NCBI GenBank assembly: GCA_973895155.1
Contig: OZ316891.1
Span: forward strand, 16,354,248 to 16,418,247
DNA length: 64,000 bases
DNA from: Marsupella aquatica
Lineage: Eukaryota > Plantae > Marchantiophyta
Direction of reading: 5' to 3'
Below the pieces are notes generated by a model. It saw nothing but the letters and a program-made list of their open reading frames with translations. It did no database searches and was not told the DNA's origin. Shown here one piece after another: positions 12,543-24,732 of the stretch. Position 1 is the stretch's first letter; every line of letters begins with the position of its first letter. A program made the position numbers and the translations under genes.

Positions 12543-15190
12543 AATACAGGGACAACAACAGCACACTAGCGAGCCACAAAGAGAGCCCAAAAGCACAAAA
12601 GAGAGCATCAAAGCCCCAGGGAGAGCCCCCCCTCAAAGAAGGGAAATAACACCGATCAAGAGAGCACCCATGCCCTTCCCACAGCAGCCCCCCAAAAAGC
12701 AGACCCCTCAATCAGCAACGCCGCCGCTAGAGGGCACCAAGAGAATCCTGTCCCCATCCCGTCTCAGCCAGATTTGCCTCGTTCCCCGCAACCATTCCTG
12801 AGCCCGGTTCAACCGAGAGCGACGCCGCCCAAAGCGTAAACCAGCCCCAACCGCATGGATGTGATTGGCAGTCTCAGCAAGCATCAGGCCCAAGTCAAAT
12901 GAACGTCCCACCTTGTCAGAGAACATATGTTCATTTCTTCCCAGCCAAATCATCCAGAGAGTCTGATATACACAAAAGATCCTAGCAGTGTGAATAGGCT
13001 CCGGTCCTGTCGATGCATCAAGAATAGCCAGCAGACCACCTCCAATGGGTAAGCGAAGCTCCGTCAAAATCCTGTCACACATCCTCCAGCAACATGAGGC
13101 ATGGGAACATTCAATGAACAAATGTTGCATCGTCTCCAAGACCCCACAGCAAAGCTTGCAATTCCCAGTACCAGCCTGGATACGGAGGGCCCGTTGACCA
13201 GTAAACAATCCACCAACCAGGATCCGCCAGATAAAGGTTTTTGCCCTGCAGGAGAGGTCAGAAATCCACAGCTTCTTCCATCCAATGCACCATTCAATTT
13301 CCGACCGGTGTGAGGACCAGCACCTATTAAGCAGCACATGAAGGCTCATCTTGGGTCTCAAGAACTGGTAGACCCTGCAGTTGGTGATCTGAAAGTCCTT
13401 GAGAGGTTCTGCCCTATCAGACCAGCGCCACTGTCTAGCCGGAGGATCCCTGTCCCACCTGCAGGCAGTTGACTCCCAAATTCTCCCTAGGAACGCTCTA
13501 GCCAGCCCTCTGTGCTCCCCCGTGAATCCTCGCAGCACCTGCCCCCTAAGCGGAAGGTCTTTCCAGCCCCCTGTCTCCACCGACCATCCGTCCTGAATTG
13601 ATCTCATTCCCAAGCGTCCACAAATAGCAGTGACTCCTACAATGTCCACATTTGGCAATGAATTGAAATCTACCATACATCTAATTGCATCGTTAATGCT
13701 CCAGCGTCCAGGGGCACCATATCTCCCAGGACAAAAAGCCAGATGGGCACGCAGCTCCTCCCAAGCCTTCCATAGACCACTTGTATACCTGAGACCACCG
13801 CCTGCCCTAGGAGTACAGAGCAGAAGCCTATCCTTGAACGTGTAATTGTTTCTTCTGATCACCTTGTAATTCAACCATCCCATTAAAGATAAGTTGGCTG
13901 CCAGCATCTTCGACCATTCCCTGTCTGGATACTCTAGGGCCTTAGTGAACCATTGTGATAATAATGCATTGGAGTGGCTTCTGAAGTCCTTGAATCCCAG
14001 GCCGCCCTCTATTTTTGGAAGTGTCAGCTTGTCCCATGCCACCAGCGGAATTTTCTTCCCACCTGCAGGATTATATCCCCATAGAAAATCTCTACTGAGG
14101 GCAATGAGTTTCTTGGCCAGACCCGCTGAAGCCTGAGGTGCATCACATGGTAGATTGGGATGGCCTGGAGCACGTGTTTGACCAATAAGGTTCGACCTGT
14201 GAAAGAGAGGAGCTTATTTGTCCAGGATGACAGTCGTGAGCTGATTTTATCTAGGCAGAATCTGTGCAGTTGCTCAGTCTTCAGCCCGGCCCCCAAGGGA
14301 GCGCCCAGATATTTCTGAACCTCCCCCATTGCACTCACTTGACAGCCAGAGTACAGCAGCCAATCCGGGATGACCTCAATTGCCAAGGGAATCACCACAG
14401 ATTTTCGTAGGTTCAGCTTTGCTCCAGAACCCATTTCATAACATGCAAGTGCAGTTTGTGCCTGGGTGAAAGCTTCCTCCGTGGCAGGAATGAACATTCC
14501 AACATCATCTGCGAATAATCTGTAGCATATTGTGAGTGTGTCCGTGATTGACAGTCCACTAAGTCTCCCAGCCTCCATCTCCGCAGCTAAGAAGTCCATC
14601 AGCGGTTGTGTCGAGATGACAAAAAGTAGGGGCGACAAGGGGCAGCCCTGTCTCACCCCCCTCTTAAGCTCAATCATACTCGTCGCAAAACCATTGACCA
14701 TTGCCTTCGAGAAAGATCCAGCCAACAGAGCCCGTACCAGTGTGATAAAGTGGCCACTTATTCCCAGTAAGTGCATTGTGTCCCATATGTATTCGTGATT
14801 CACCCTGTCAAAGGCCTTTTCGAAATCCAACTTCAAGAAAAGTGCCTCCGTCTTCTTGTGCTGTATCCAGTCACATGTGAGCCAGGCCAGTGAGATGTTT
14901 TCCAGAATGTGGCGCCCCTGTATAAATCCGGTCTGTTGGGGGCTGATTATCTTGTTCATGATTTCTTGTAACCGCAATGCCAGGATCTTAGCAATGACTT
15001 TGTACGTTGTGTTCAACATTGTAAGGGGACGCCAGTCCTTCAGTGATCTCTTATCAGGCTTCTTCGGAATGAGCTTTATTATCCCTTCTTTTAACGCACT
15101 ATCAATCTCTCCTGTCATCCAGAATTCTTGTATCATTTCCACCAAGTCCTGTCCCAGAAACTCCCAGCATGCGCGCAGTACTTCTGCCCC
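12543..15190 (-). mobile_element. 5'-truncated L1-clade LINE (RT plus zf-RVT) inserted between gag and protease of family A
   Basis: ORF 14024-15145 (WRPLTMLN, LDFEKAFD, RQGCPLSP, LFADD) and ORF 12708-14042 (CKLC..ETMQHLFIEC), with a frameshift near 14130; short apparent TSD CCCTT (12538-12542 / 15193-15197); the host frame rejoins as NKG|LLFPLP. Confidence 0.88.
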
Positions 15191-15192
15191 TT

Positions 15193-16929
15193 CCCTTTAT
15201 TTTTGGCCAGCCCATCCCACCTTTCCTTCCTTCTGGTTGATCGAGTAGAGACCCGGTAGCAATCATGATCTAAATCCTCTTCTGAGAAGGTTGATAGGGC
15301 TTCGGCCTCATCATCAGATGGTACGAACTCTGCCTCGGCATCCGCTTGCCATCCTAGCTCGATGTGGTTGATTTGAACTCCTCCGGGGGTAGTACCTGGC
15401 GGTAAGACCTTAACTGGCAAGAGCTTATGATTTGCGGCCAGGCCTGCCAACCAAGTAGGACATTGTCCTAGCATGTGACCCTCCTGTCTACATCCCATAC
15501 ATAGCTGAGCTGGTTGTCCATCACCCTGTTTGCGTGTATTCGGGCACTCTCTAGCAAAATGGCCAGGTTGACCACAGTTATAGCATGCCGCAAATCTCTG
15601 TACATTCGGCCTAGGAGGTACTGACGGGTTCTGAATAATCCGAGGATACATCTCTCCCGGGTTGTTCCTTAATCCTGACCACAGAGATGCAGGTCTGTTG
15701 GATAGGTCTCGTGCTCCAGTCTCACTGATGCCGAAAACACTATCAGCGGCATCTCCTAGAAAGTACTCTATTTCTCCCTGACATGGTCTGATCTTGGCCA
15801 CATGCCGAACATGATTAGTATTAAGTTTAGGACACGCATCTTTATGGTGTCCGGTTTTATAACATAAGGCACACCATACAGAGCTATCCTCCTGTACTAC
15901 CTTCTTCTTTGGCTTTACCTCTGCAATTATAGCCTTAAGTTGCTCGGTAAGGGCCACAATGTTATCTGGTGGCTTAGCCTCCAACTTGACTTTCGTCTTC
16001 CCTCTCCTTCTGGCCTTTCTTTTCCTAGTTTTTTCTTCTTCAGAACTAGAAGATGACTCACTCTTGCTACTTCCACTATCCGAGCTTGAGTTATCACTTC
16101 TTGACTTCTTAGAATGTTTCTTCTTCTTATCTTTTTTCTTATGGGGTGATCCCTCCTCTGATGAGGAACTCTCAGACTTAAGTTGTTTCTTCCGGCTGGT
16201 GATATCTGCATTAATGTATAATTGAATATCCTTAATTGCCTCGGCCAAGGTCTCCAGGTTCTCCTTCCTAATTGCAAAACTCATCTTCTGTGGCAAAGCA
16301 TTCACCAACCATTGAAGTTGCATACCTTCAGATGCATTGGTCTTTGTATGTCTTACCAGTTTCTGAAAGCGTTGCAAGAACTTCCTGAAGGATTTGTTCT
16401 CCTTGAACCGAAGTCGTCCCAACTTCAGCACTGCTAGTTCTGAAGTTCCAATGGGTCGAAACTCCTTAACAAAGAGTGTTTTGAAGATATCCCAGACGGC
16501 TTGATCTTCCACATCTAATGCTCTATACCAAGGCCTAGCCTCACCCTTGAACAGGCCGGGAAGAATCTGCATCTTGATGGCCGATTCTCCATTTGCTGCA
16601 ACGGTTCCCTCGAAATCATCCAACCATTCGTCCGGATCCTCATCTCCTCTTCCATGAAATGCTTTGTAATGAATGCGTGACCGTTGGCTCAGTCTGGTCC
16701 CTGGCCTCTTGTCTGGCCGCGCCTCTGGTTCCCCCATGTTGGTTGGGTACTCGTTTCTTCCTACCGACTCTTCTTCTGGTATGTCTTCTTCGACACCACT
16801 TCCAGCTTCGGAGCTACCAGCTCTTTCTGCTCCTCTCAGTCGTTGTGTATCATGCCACCCGGCGAGCTGCTGTAGTCGAGCTCTCTCCCGTTGAATCACT
16901 CTTTCTTCCCTCGGCGTAAGGTCAGTCAT
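15193..16929 (-). pseudogene. gag: Family A gag with three CCHC zinc knuckles
   Basis: FHGRGDEDPDEWLDDFE capsid-like motif; CALCYKTGHHKDAC, CYNCGQPGHFAREC, CMGCRQEGHMLGQC; ATG 47 nt downstream of the PBS; separated from pol by the LINE. Confidence 0.88.
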
Positions 16930-16975
16930 TACCTATGCTTCCTTTCTAACTTCATATCTCACGGCTTAAGAAATG

Positions 16976-16994
16976 CCCCCTCCATCTAGCGCCA
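16976..16994 (-). promoter_or_regulatory. Primer binding site, family A (tRNA-Arg type as in Tat/Ogre-like gypsies)
   Basis: TGGCGCTAGATGGAGGGGG on minus strand, 4 nt from the LTR end; tRNA identity recalled, not searched. Confidence 0.75.
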
Positions 16995-17135
16995 AAAATG
17001 TGGTGCGTCCCATGGTTCCCTAAACCCAAGAAACCCCCCAGCGCAAGCCGATTCCTGCAGGTTTCACGCTTGGCGAGGCCGTTTCCGCGGCTTAGCGGCA
17101 TGGGACGCTGCTAACCTCCTTCTACTACTACTATT

Positions 17136-20100
17136 TGTTGTGGGAGAAATGAGACAAAGAGTTGGTTCCATCTTTACTCTTGGTAGAATATGTACATGTG
17201 GCTACAGCCTAAGTAGTTAGGGTAGTTACATAGGTAGTTATCCCAAAGGTAGACTTAACTCAAGTATGAGTTACAACACTCCCCCTTTGTAACATTGGGG
17301 TTGAAATGTTACAATCAAGAGTCTACTTTGGGTATATTCAGTGGTATACAATAGGTTTTGTTTATGTCTAGCCTATTTTATAAGTGGTGTAGTCATCTCA
17401 AGTCTACTATAAATGAATGTCAAGCTTCTCCTAATAGATGTCTTATAATTCATGTTGTATGGTAAAGTGTAAGTGGGGGATGTAACCTCATTAAAACCTC
17501 CCCTACTTTCTTTGTGGGAGGAAAGAGTATTACCATCCCCATGGGTGTAACATAATTGGGTTTAAGCATATAGTGTATGTGTAATTTCTACAAAGTCTCT
17601 TAAGGTGCTTGTCAGCACTATAGGCTTGTTGAAGATCCTCCTTGGTTGATTGTTTCTCGTGTCTCCTTCCAATCGGGAAATGGAGACTCCTTGATGGTCA
17701 TAGATTACATGCCATGACAAAGCAAAGTATTAGTACAAAATGAAGATGATATGGTGTAATCCATGGCTTTGGAATTGGATTGGGTGTCCAATCCTAGATT
17801 TGGTGTGGGCATAACCTATTTGAACCATATCACGTACCATATCCATAACATAGGGTTATCATATTGGGGTATGGCGCACCATCTCTTATGGTGCCTTACC
17901 ATGCCATGTCTCACCTTATGGTACCTTATGACCTGGTACTGTACCTCATATTATCATATGGTACTTTAATATCCAGTATACCTCATCAAGTATTGGTAAG
18001 TGATTGTGTTAACACCATGTTCAATCATTTATAAAAATTCCTTAGATTTCATGATTTGCCATATGCATGGAATAGAGTTCCATTTTTAGGTATTCATTGG
18101 TGCGAAAGGCACTTGTGCAATAGGCACATCCCATGGGTTACATTGCTTGATGTCAAGTCTTACTTGAGGTCTCCCCCTCAATTTGTCATTTACTTCCATG
18201 TGCAGTACGCACTCATTGGCTTCCATGTGTAGTAGGCACGGAGCTGAACTTTTAAGTGCCGTAGGCAGCTTTTAAATGCAGTAGGCACGTTGGGAAAAAC
18301 AATTCTCCCCCTGAATTTGTGAATGGCAATTCTTATATGGTAATCTTTCCAATAGATATCTTTCATTTTAATGCCATTTCGTCCCCGTTCTTAGTATGTG
18401 TGTTTCCCTGGTTCAGTGCACATTGTTCTTTGTATACGCAAATCTATTTGATGGGTTTTGCAATTAAGGAGGGTTTGCACTTAGCGGTATGTTCTCGACG
18501 TTTTCTCGACGTTTCAGCGTTTTTGTTGCGAGATTTGTTCTTTGCTACGCGCGTTCCCTTCGTGCTCTTATCCTCTTTTCTCCAAGCTTCTCTTGGTTTG
18601 TGCTCCCAATGGTCAACTCGTAAGCTCATAACACCAATGCCCCTACCCCTGGTCGTGGATTGTTCCATCTTATCCATGCATACTGCCAATCTCACGAGAA
18701 CTGTTGTTTACCAAAATTGGCATTCTGTGTCCTTCTGTGCTATAGGTGCCGTAACTTTGGGACTCCCATTGGTCATCGCTATCCTCCTTACTTTCCTCAT
18801 CCTTGTGTTTGCCTTTGATAACGAGGAAGAAGAAAACGAAGGCACAAAAAATGCCTAAGGGAGAGAACTTTCCGCGGCGCGACAAAGTGTCCGAGTCCCC
18901 TCTTCTCTTCTCCACTTTGTTTTCCTTGTACTCGGGCGACATCTCCTGAGCAGCCGAGGCCTTTATCCGCGGCTTACCGTAATGTAGTTGCATGACACAA
19001 TTCACCGCATTCCTTGCATTGCTATCTTTCAACGTAGCAGACCTCCGGACAATTGTAGGAGTTTCCAGTGGCTTCGCTCTCAATTCAATGTGCTTGCATA
19101 GTTTTCTTGGTCACAGTTTTCGGTAAGAAGAATGAGAAATCAATCCAATTAACTTCATCAACTCCAGGAACTCACAAACAGATTGGTAGTACCGGTGGAG
19201 AAAGAGTAAGAGAACGTAGTGAAACGGACTGGACCAGGACTATTGACGCATGTGTGAACTAATGTGGCGCAGGCCAGTTCAGAATGCAAAGCAGGACTAC
19301 GATGAAAATTCATTCGCGGATAACAATGAAAGAATCACTGTGTGACTTTGGGAACTAAGACCCTAAGCGGGGATAGCATTGCCTTTCCCGCAGTCCTCAT
19401 TGCACGGCAGGAATGAAGAGACACAGCAGGAATTCCGTAGGGACCATAATATCTTCGTAATCCTTGCCACTGTGCAGAATTAACCTAGGAATTTGATAAC
19501 TTCCGAGGCAATAGGTCGCTTCAAAACTGAAATATCGACGAGGCATCATCGCAATTCTGCACTTAAAGTTGACAGAGACACCAAGATCGAGGGAATCCAT
19601 TGCTCAAAAAATTTGTTAAAAATGAGAAGAAGACATCCAATAGCAACCATGAAACTTAGGACGAGCGGGATCCCAACGTGCATAGCCCAAGCCAACAACA
19701 AACGATGCGGACGCCATTTGCTCACAATACATTCCGCTTTCCCTTCACACAATTGGCCGCATTCAAGCTAACATCAAATGCCATCTTCGTCCACATTCCG
19801 CCTCAATTCAGAGTGCAAAGCGAGCTGCAGCGCTTCAAGCAGTTCACGCAGAAAAAAACTAAAAAAACTTTGGCACATTCAAATCACGTCTTCAGGGCTC
19901 TCCCTCCTTTCTTTGTCTTAGGTTGAATCAGCCAGTCTTAGGCTCGTGCTGATAACGTGTTGTGGGAGAAATGAGACAAAGAGTTGGTTCCATCTTTACT
20001 CTTGGTAGAATATGTACATGTGGCTACAGCCTAAGTAGTTAGGGTAGTTACATAGGTAGTTATCCCAAAGGTAGACTTAACTCAAGTATGAGTTACAACA
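17136..20100 (-). mobile_element. Non-autonomous LTR retrotransposon (TRIM/LARD-like, probably Ty1/copia Bianca-derived), 2965 bp
   Basis: Identical 143-bp LTRs (17136-17278, 19958-20100; TGTTG..CAACA); TSD CTATT; PPT AGGGGGAG next to 17278; PBS CGTTATCAGCACGA; Bianca-like motifs GAGGTTTTAATGAGG and TTCAGGGGGAG; no RT/IN motifs. Confidence 0.88.
19944..19957 (-). promoter_or_regulatory. Half-tRNA primer binding site (anticodon arm of tRNA-Ile)
   Basis: Plus strand TCGTGCTGATAACG resembles the tRNA-Ile(AAU/IAU) anticodon stem-loop CGTGCTAATAACG with inosine read as G; it directly abuts the LTR. Confidence 0.7.
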
Positions 20101-23100
20101 CTATTAACATTTTACACACATATACTGGACAGATCCTTCATCGGGTCATGAGATACATAGCTGGCCTAATCTAGGCCTTCCCTTGTCTTCCTCTCCTTCT
20201 GGTTAGGTATGTTTGGATTCCGTCGTCGGAATGATCCCCAATAGGCTTGGTTAAGCCGCTAAAACCTCTCTCAGCTCGACACATCCAACTCTCACTCCCC
20301 TGCTTACTTTCCTTCCTCTATTGGTTGATGTGGGCACTCTTCACACAAGTTAATGCGACACACAAATAGCAAAATGACTCCTTCTGACTGAGTCATACCA
20401 TGCGCTTGCCATACAAACAGTACATCTCATACACAAGCTCTACGAACTAAGCCGTGAGGCCAACTCTATTCAGCTCTTAGGCATGAGGAAACATGAATAT
20501 ACACAAGGATCATTGTATGACTAACCGAGAGCTTCTCTTACTACTTGATCCCAGCCCGGCTGGTGCAAACTAAAAACTTGCTAAAGAAGAGGCCCTGAGC
20601 TCCCCGCTGCCCAGGTACTTATCCTGGTAGTGGATCCGCCTAATTCTTTGCAGCGTAAGCCTAATCTACCTAACTGGATCAACCTATGTACAGCGAGGCA
20701 GAAGTACAAGTGTTGATCTTACCAGTGGATCCGCAATCCCACTAAGCTAAGTATCACGGCCGCCTCCTGGTCCTGATCCTAATTCTAAACTTAGAGATCT
20801 GAGCCCGCTCTACCCACTCACGCCTCCTCCCTCCACGTCCGCCCTTCCTAAAAGGAATGGCGCCCTTGCACCGTCACGACACCGGTGGTGGATCCTCAAT
20901 GGACGCCCCCAACGCTCCCTCCGCAACCACTGCCGTTGGTCCGTCCTCTAACAGATTACCTGCCTCTGACCGAGTTAACTTTTCATCGGCCTGACTGGGT
21001 CCACCCTCGGCTTCGGCCTCGGCTCGGAAATCATTCTTGGCTATAGCCTCAGCCTCGGCTACAGCCTCCCCGGCCTGCTCAAGAGGTGGATCTGGGATAC
21101 CGGCCTCATTACTGAGTAGTTCGGCTTGGGCCGCGCCATCCCCACCTTTGGTGATAGCGGAATCTATTGCCGTGTTCATGCCGGAGGTTGGTACCGGTTT
21201 GAGTACGGCTTGAGGGGTCGAATAACCTCCGGACCCCGAAGGTTTCCGCTTCTTCTTCTTCACTATCTCCATAGCCGGTTCCTTCCCCTTGCCGCTAACG
21301 TCCGGCACCGGGCCGTGTGTCACGGCTGGTCCTTCGGCAATTACCACCCCGGGTAACTGGTTTGCCCCAACGGGAGATGGACCTGATGCAGCTAAGCATT
21401 TAAATACTACGGCTTGTTTCTTCAGCCGCTTTGTTTGGTTGTCGGCCCGCCACTGTAGGTTCTCCATCTTCCTCGTGATTTCCTCCAACTCCTCCTGGGT
21501 CTCATCCAGGTCCTTACGTGCCTCCTCCAGCTCATTTTTGGCTTCCTCCAATTCCCTGTGGGCTTCCTCCAATTCCTTCTTGGTGGTAGCCCTCTCCTCT
21601 TGGGTTGCTCTTAGCTCCTTGTCGAGCTCCGCTATGACCTCAGACTCCATGTTATTCATCTTGGCATAAGTCTGGTCGAGCTGGGCGTCCTTCTCCCGCA
21701 GGTCGGCCTTGAAGCTGGCCGTCAGGGACGCAAGCTCCTGCTGTAGCGCAACAGTCCCTTGATAGGATTTCCCTAACTCGGCCTCCTTCTGCTCAAGGGC
21801 TCTGCGGATGACCTCGAGCTCTTCCTTCAGTGCCCTCTCCCTTCTCTGAGCCTCCGCCGTGACCCGGTTGTTGACTGCTATATGGGCCTCCTCTACGTCT
21901 CTCAGCTCCTTCTTCCATTTCTCCCTGTCCTTGATTGCGTCGGCCAATTCTCCCTGTGTCTGAGTTAGTTTATCCTTGATAATCTAATTATCAGCCTGCG
22001 CGGTGTCCAACTGCCCCTACATGATGTTCAGCTCATGCCGCTTAATCCGTAGTTCATCTTGGGCTTTCTTGGCCGCCCTTAGATCTTCAATCTCGGCTTC
22101 CATCCTCCTAAGCCGCCGGATGACCTCGTCCTTCTTGCTTCTCTCTAAAGCTAACGCTTCTTCTAATTGGTGCTTCTCCAACTGCTCCCTATGGAAAAAG
22201 GGTCCTACCTCCAACTCCTCCCCAAAGATGTCGAGCTCAAGTTCCCCACATATCTCACCATACTCCATGGCTCTATTCTTAGCGTAGGTGGAGTAAGTAG
22301 AAGTGATCGGCATCGCCCATCGCGGCCTCTGCTCCCAAGCCGTCTTGCGGATCTCTTCAATCGTGGCTAGAGGTTTGCTTCCTTTTTCGGCTAGCCGCCT
22401 GATGTCCTCCGGCCAATCTCCTCCTGGAAAATCCTTTTCCCTAGCCAGGGCTGCCTTTTCTGCTTCCCTAAGTCGCTCCTGAAATTCCTGTGCCGTCTGC
22501 TTTATGCCGTCAAAGCTTGGGGGAGCGACATCAGGTGGGGGAGACTCGGGGCTGCTCTGCTGGCTTGGGTCTCCTCGAACTACTCTTGGGAGCGTGGGGA
22601 TGAACCGGCCACAAGTCCTTACTCCTGGAACATGATGATCCGACCCGTAGCCGGAGTCATCATTGCTGTAGTCCTCTACCGCCTCCTCCTCGGCTTGGAC
22701 TATCGGCTTCTCCCGCTGTTCTCCTGGTTCTGTTGTTAACACGGCTTCACCTCTCACCGGTCTTGGTTCCTCCTCCGGCTTCCATGTTGATCTCTTGTTC
22801 TCCTTGTCGTGGCCGGGAGCTAGGGCCTGCTTCTCCTCGGCTTCGGGACTTAAGGCTCCGACATACATCCGGACTCCCGGCTCGTGTTCCGGCCTCCTTT
22901 TCTCCTTGACCCCAGTAAAGGGGTTTTCCCTTGTAAGCCGGCTTAGGCCCACCTCTGGAGCAGTGTCCTGCATTGGTGTCGTTGCCGTTGCCGTTGCCGT
23001 TGCCGTTCTCTTTTCCTTCTCCAGTAATTTCAGCAGATTCTACATGCCTGGTTGCTGCATTGGCAAGTCCTCCATCCTTGGCCTAAACACCTACTCGATT

Positions 23101-24732
23101 GTAGGACTGTCGGGCGGGTTGGGTTTCTCCATTGCCGGCGTCTGCTCCGGGTCCTCCTCCGGTGCTCTTGCCGATAGGGGAAGTACTGGGGCAAAGATTT
23201 GACTTCTGGCATACCGGCACAACAACGGCATGTGATAGCCAAGCCGGGACACGCTTCCCATGCCGATCACCTGCTGTTCCTCCTTCAAGATCTTCTTTAG
23301 TTGGTTGAGGAGGTACCCGTTGTAATCCCGGCTTGGGTCTGGCCTTTCTGCCAGGTAGACCTGAGCCTTGCCGATCTCTGCCCTCGGCAAGTTACAATGC
23401 ATGGTCACCCGCAAGAAGTCGATCATCTCTCCTATGTGCGGGTTGGTGCAGGTGTTCCGGAAGAAGCCATTCTTCGTTGATGGCCCGAGGAACGACCGGA
23501 ACTCCTTGTCAGGCAAGGTCTTCCTGGTATCAACTTTGGTCTTATTGCCTATCGGCAAGCCAAACACTTCGGCAATCACCTTGGGAGTAAGATAGAAATC
23601 CTTCCCATATATCCTCGTGGAATTGGTCTCGGGTTCCCATGACCCCACGAATTCTAATAGGTCTGAATTCGACACCTCCGGCTTTAGCCATGGTAATCTT
23701 ACAAAGGCCTCTAAGCCGGATCCGGCCATGAAGCCTTGGTACTTCTTGGTCTGCATGGCCGTAAAGCATGCATCCTCCTCCCGTGCAAAATGTAGTTGCA
23801 CCTCCTCTGGTAGGGTTGCCGCCCAGCCTTTCCAGGTGTCACGTCGTAGGCTTCGGCCTTAACTCAGACTTCAGCTTAGACGGGCACATCCCTCGTAAAT
23901 CTGAGGGTTCGGGCAGGAAGGGAAGCACGTAATGCACCTTATTCTCGTAAACTAGCGCTAAGTGCGCATACTGCTAAATACGGACACCTCCTAGGTATGG
24001 TTTGTGTTCCGCCGCCGGAACGTACCTTAGTCGATAGCAGGATCGACCCCGGCTTAAGAGCTTCTAAGCCTTCGTGCTGTCCGCCTTCGATCCGGATTCG
24101 ATGATACAGGTCCTCAACCCGTGCTCGCAACCACTTACCCGCAGGCTGCACCCTGTGCACGTCTTGGGTAGTGCGTTCGGCCTGGCGCTGCCACCCATAT
24201 ACGAGAAACCCACACACATATGCGCACACATGCATACAATCTCGATTTACACGAAGGAAAATGATGGGAAAGGATTTTACTACAAAGGGAACATATGCGT
24301 ACACTTAGTTGACACGACAGCCCTGGAATGCACAGGTTCAAGGCCGAGGGTGCACACTACAACGGAGCCCGGCTCCGCACTCGCCCGGCGAGCTTAGTCC
24401 TACCCCCTCCCCTTGGTACTCTGTCATTCCCAGAGGTCGGGACTCCCCGCATGTCCCACGGATGTCCGACTCTGAAACTAAAAACCCCCCTACCTCTACC
24501 GAGGGGTGCACTAAATACTAAGAGCCAAGGAACGGGGTGTCCTCTCGCCGAAGATTCGCTGACTAAGGTCCTAACTAAGCTGACAGTCAGGCCGGAAAAC
24601 GGCTGTGTCTTATTAGAAGATCCTAATCTACGCAGGCTGGACAGCAGGGCAGCGCTGCTGTACCTAAGGCAGGTGCCTATCCCAAGAGCCTGACTAAGCC
24701 AATCCTAATCCTAATCTATTCCTACTCCGCCG

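Noticed and set aside
15133-16929. 598-aa ORF as a gag-LINE fusion protein
   Set aside because: The last ~20 codons are out-of-frame read-through into the inserted LINE junction.
19944-19957. tRNA gene at the tRNA-like PBS sequences
   Set aside because: Only 14-19-nt matches with no cloverleaf; they are primer binding sites.
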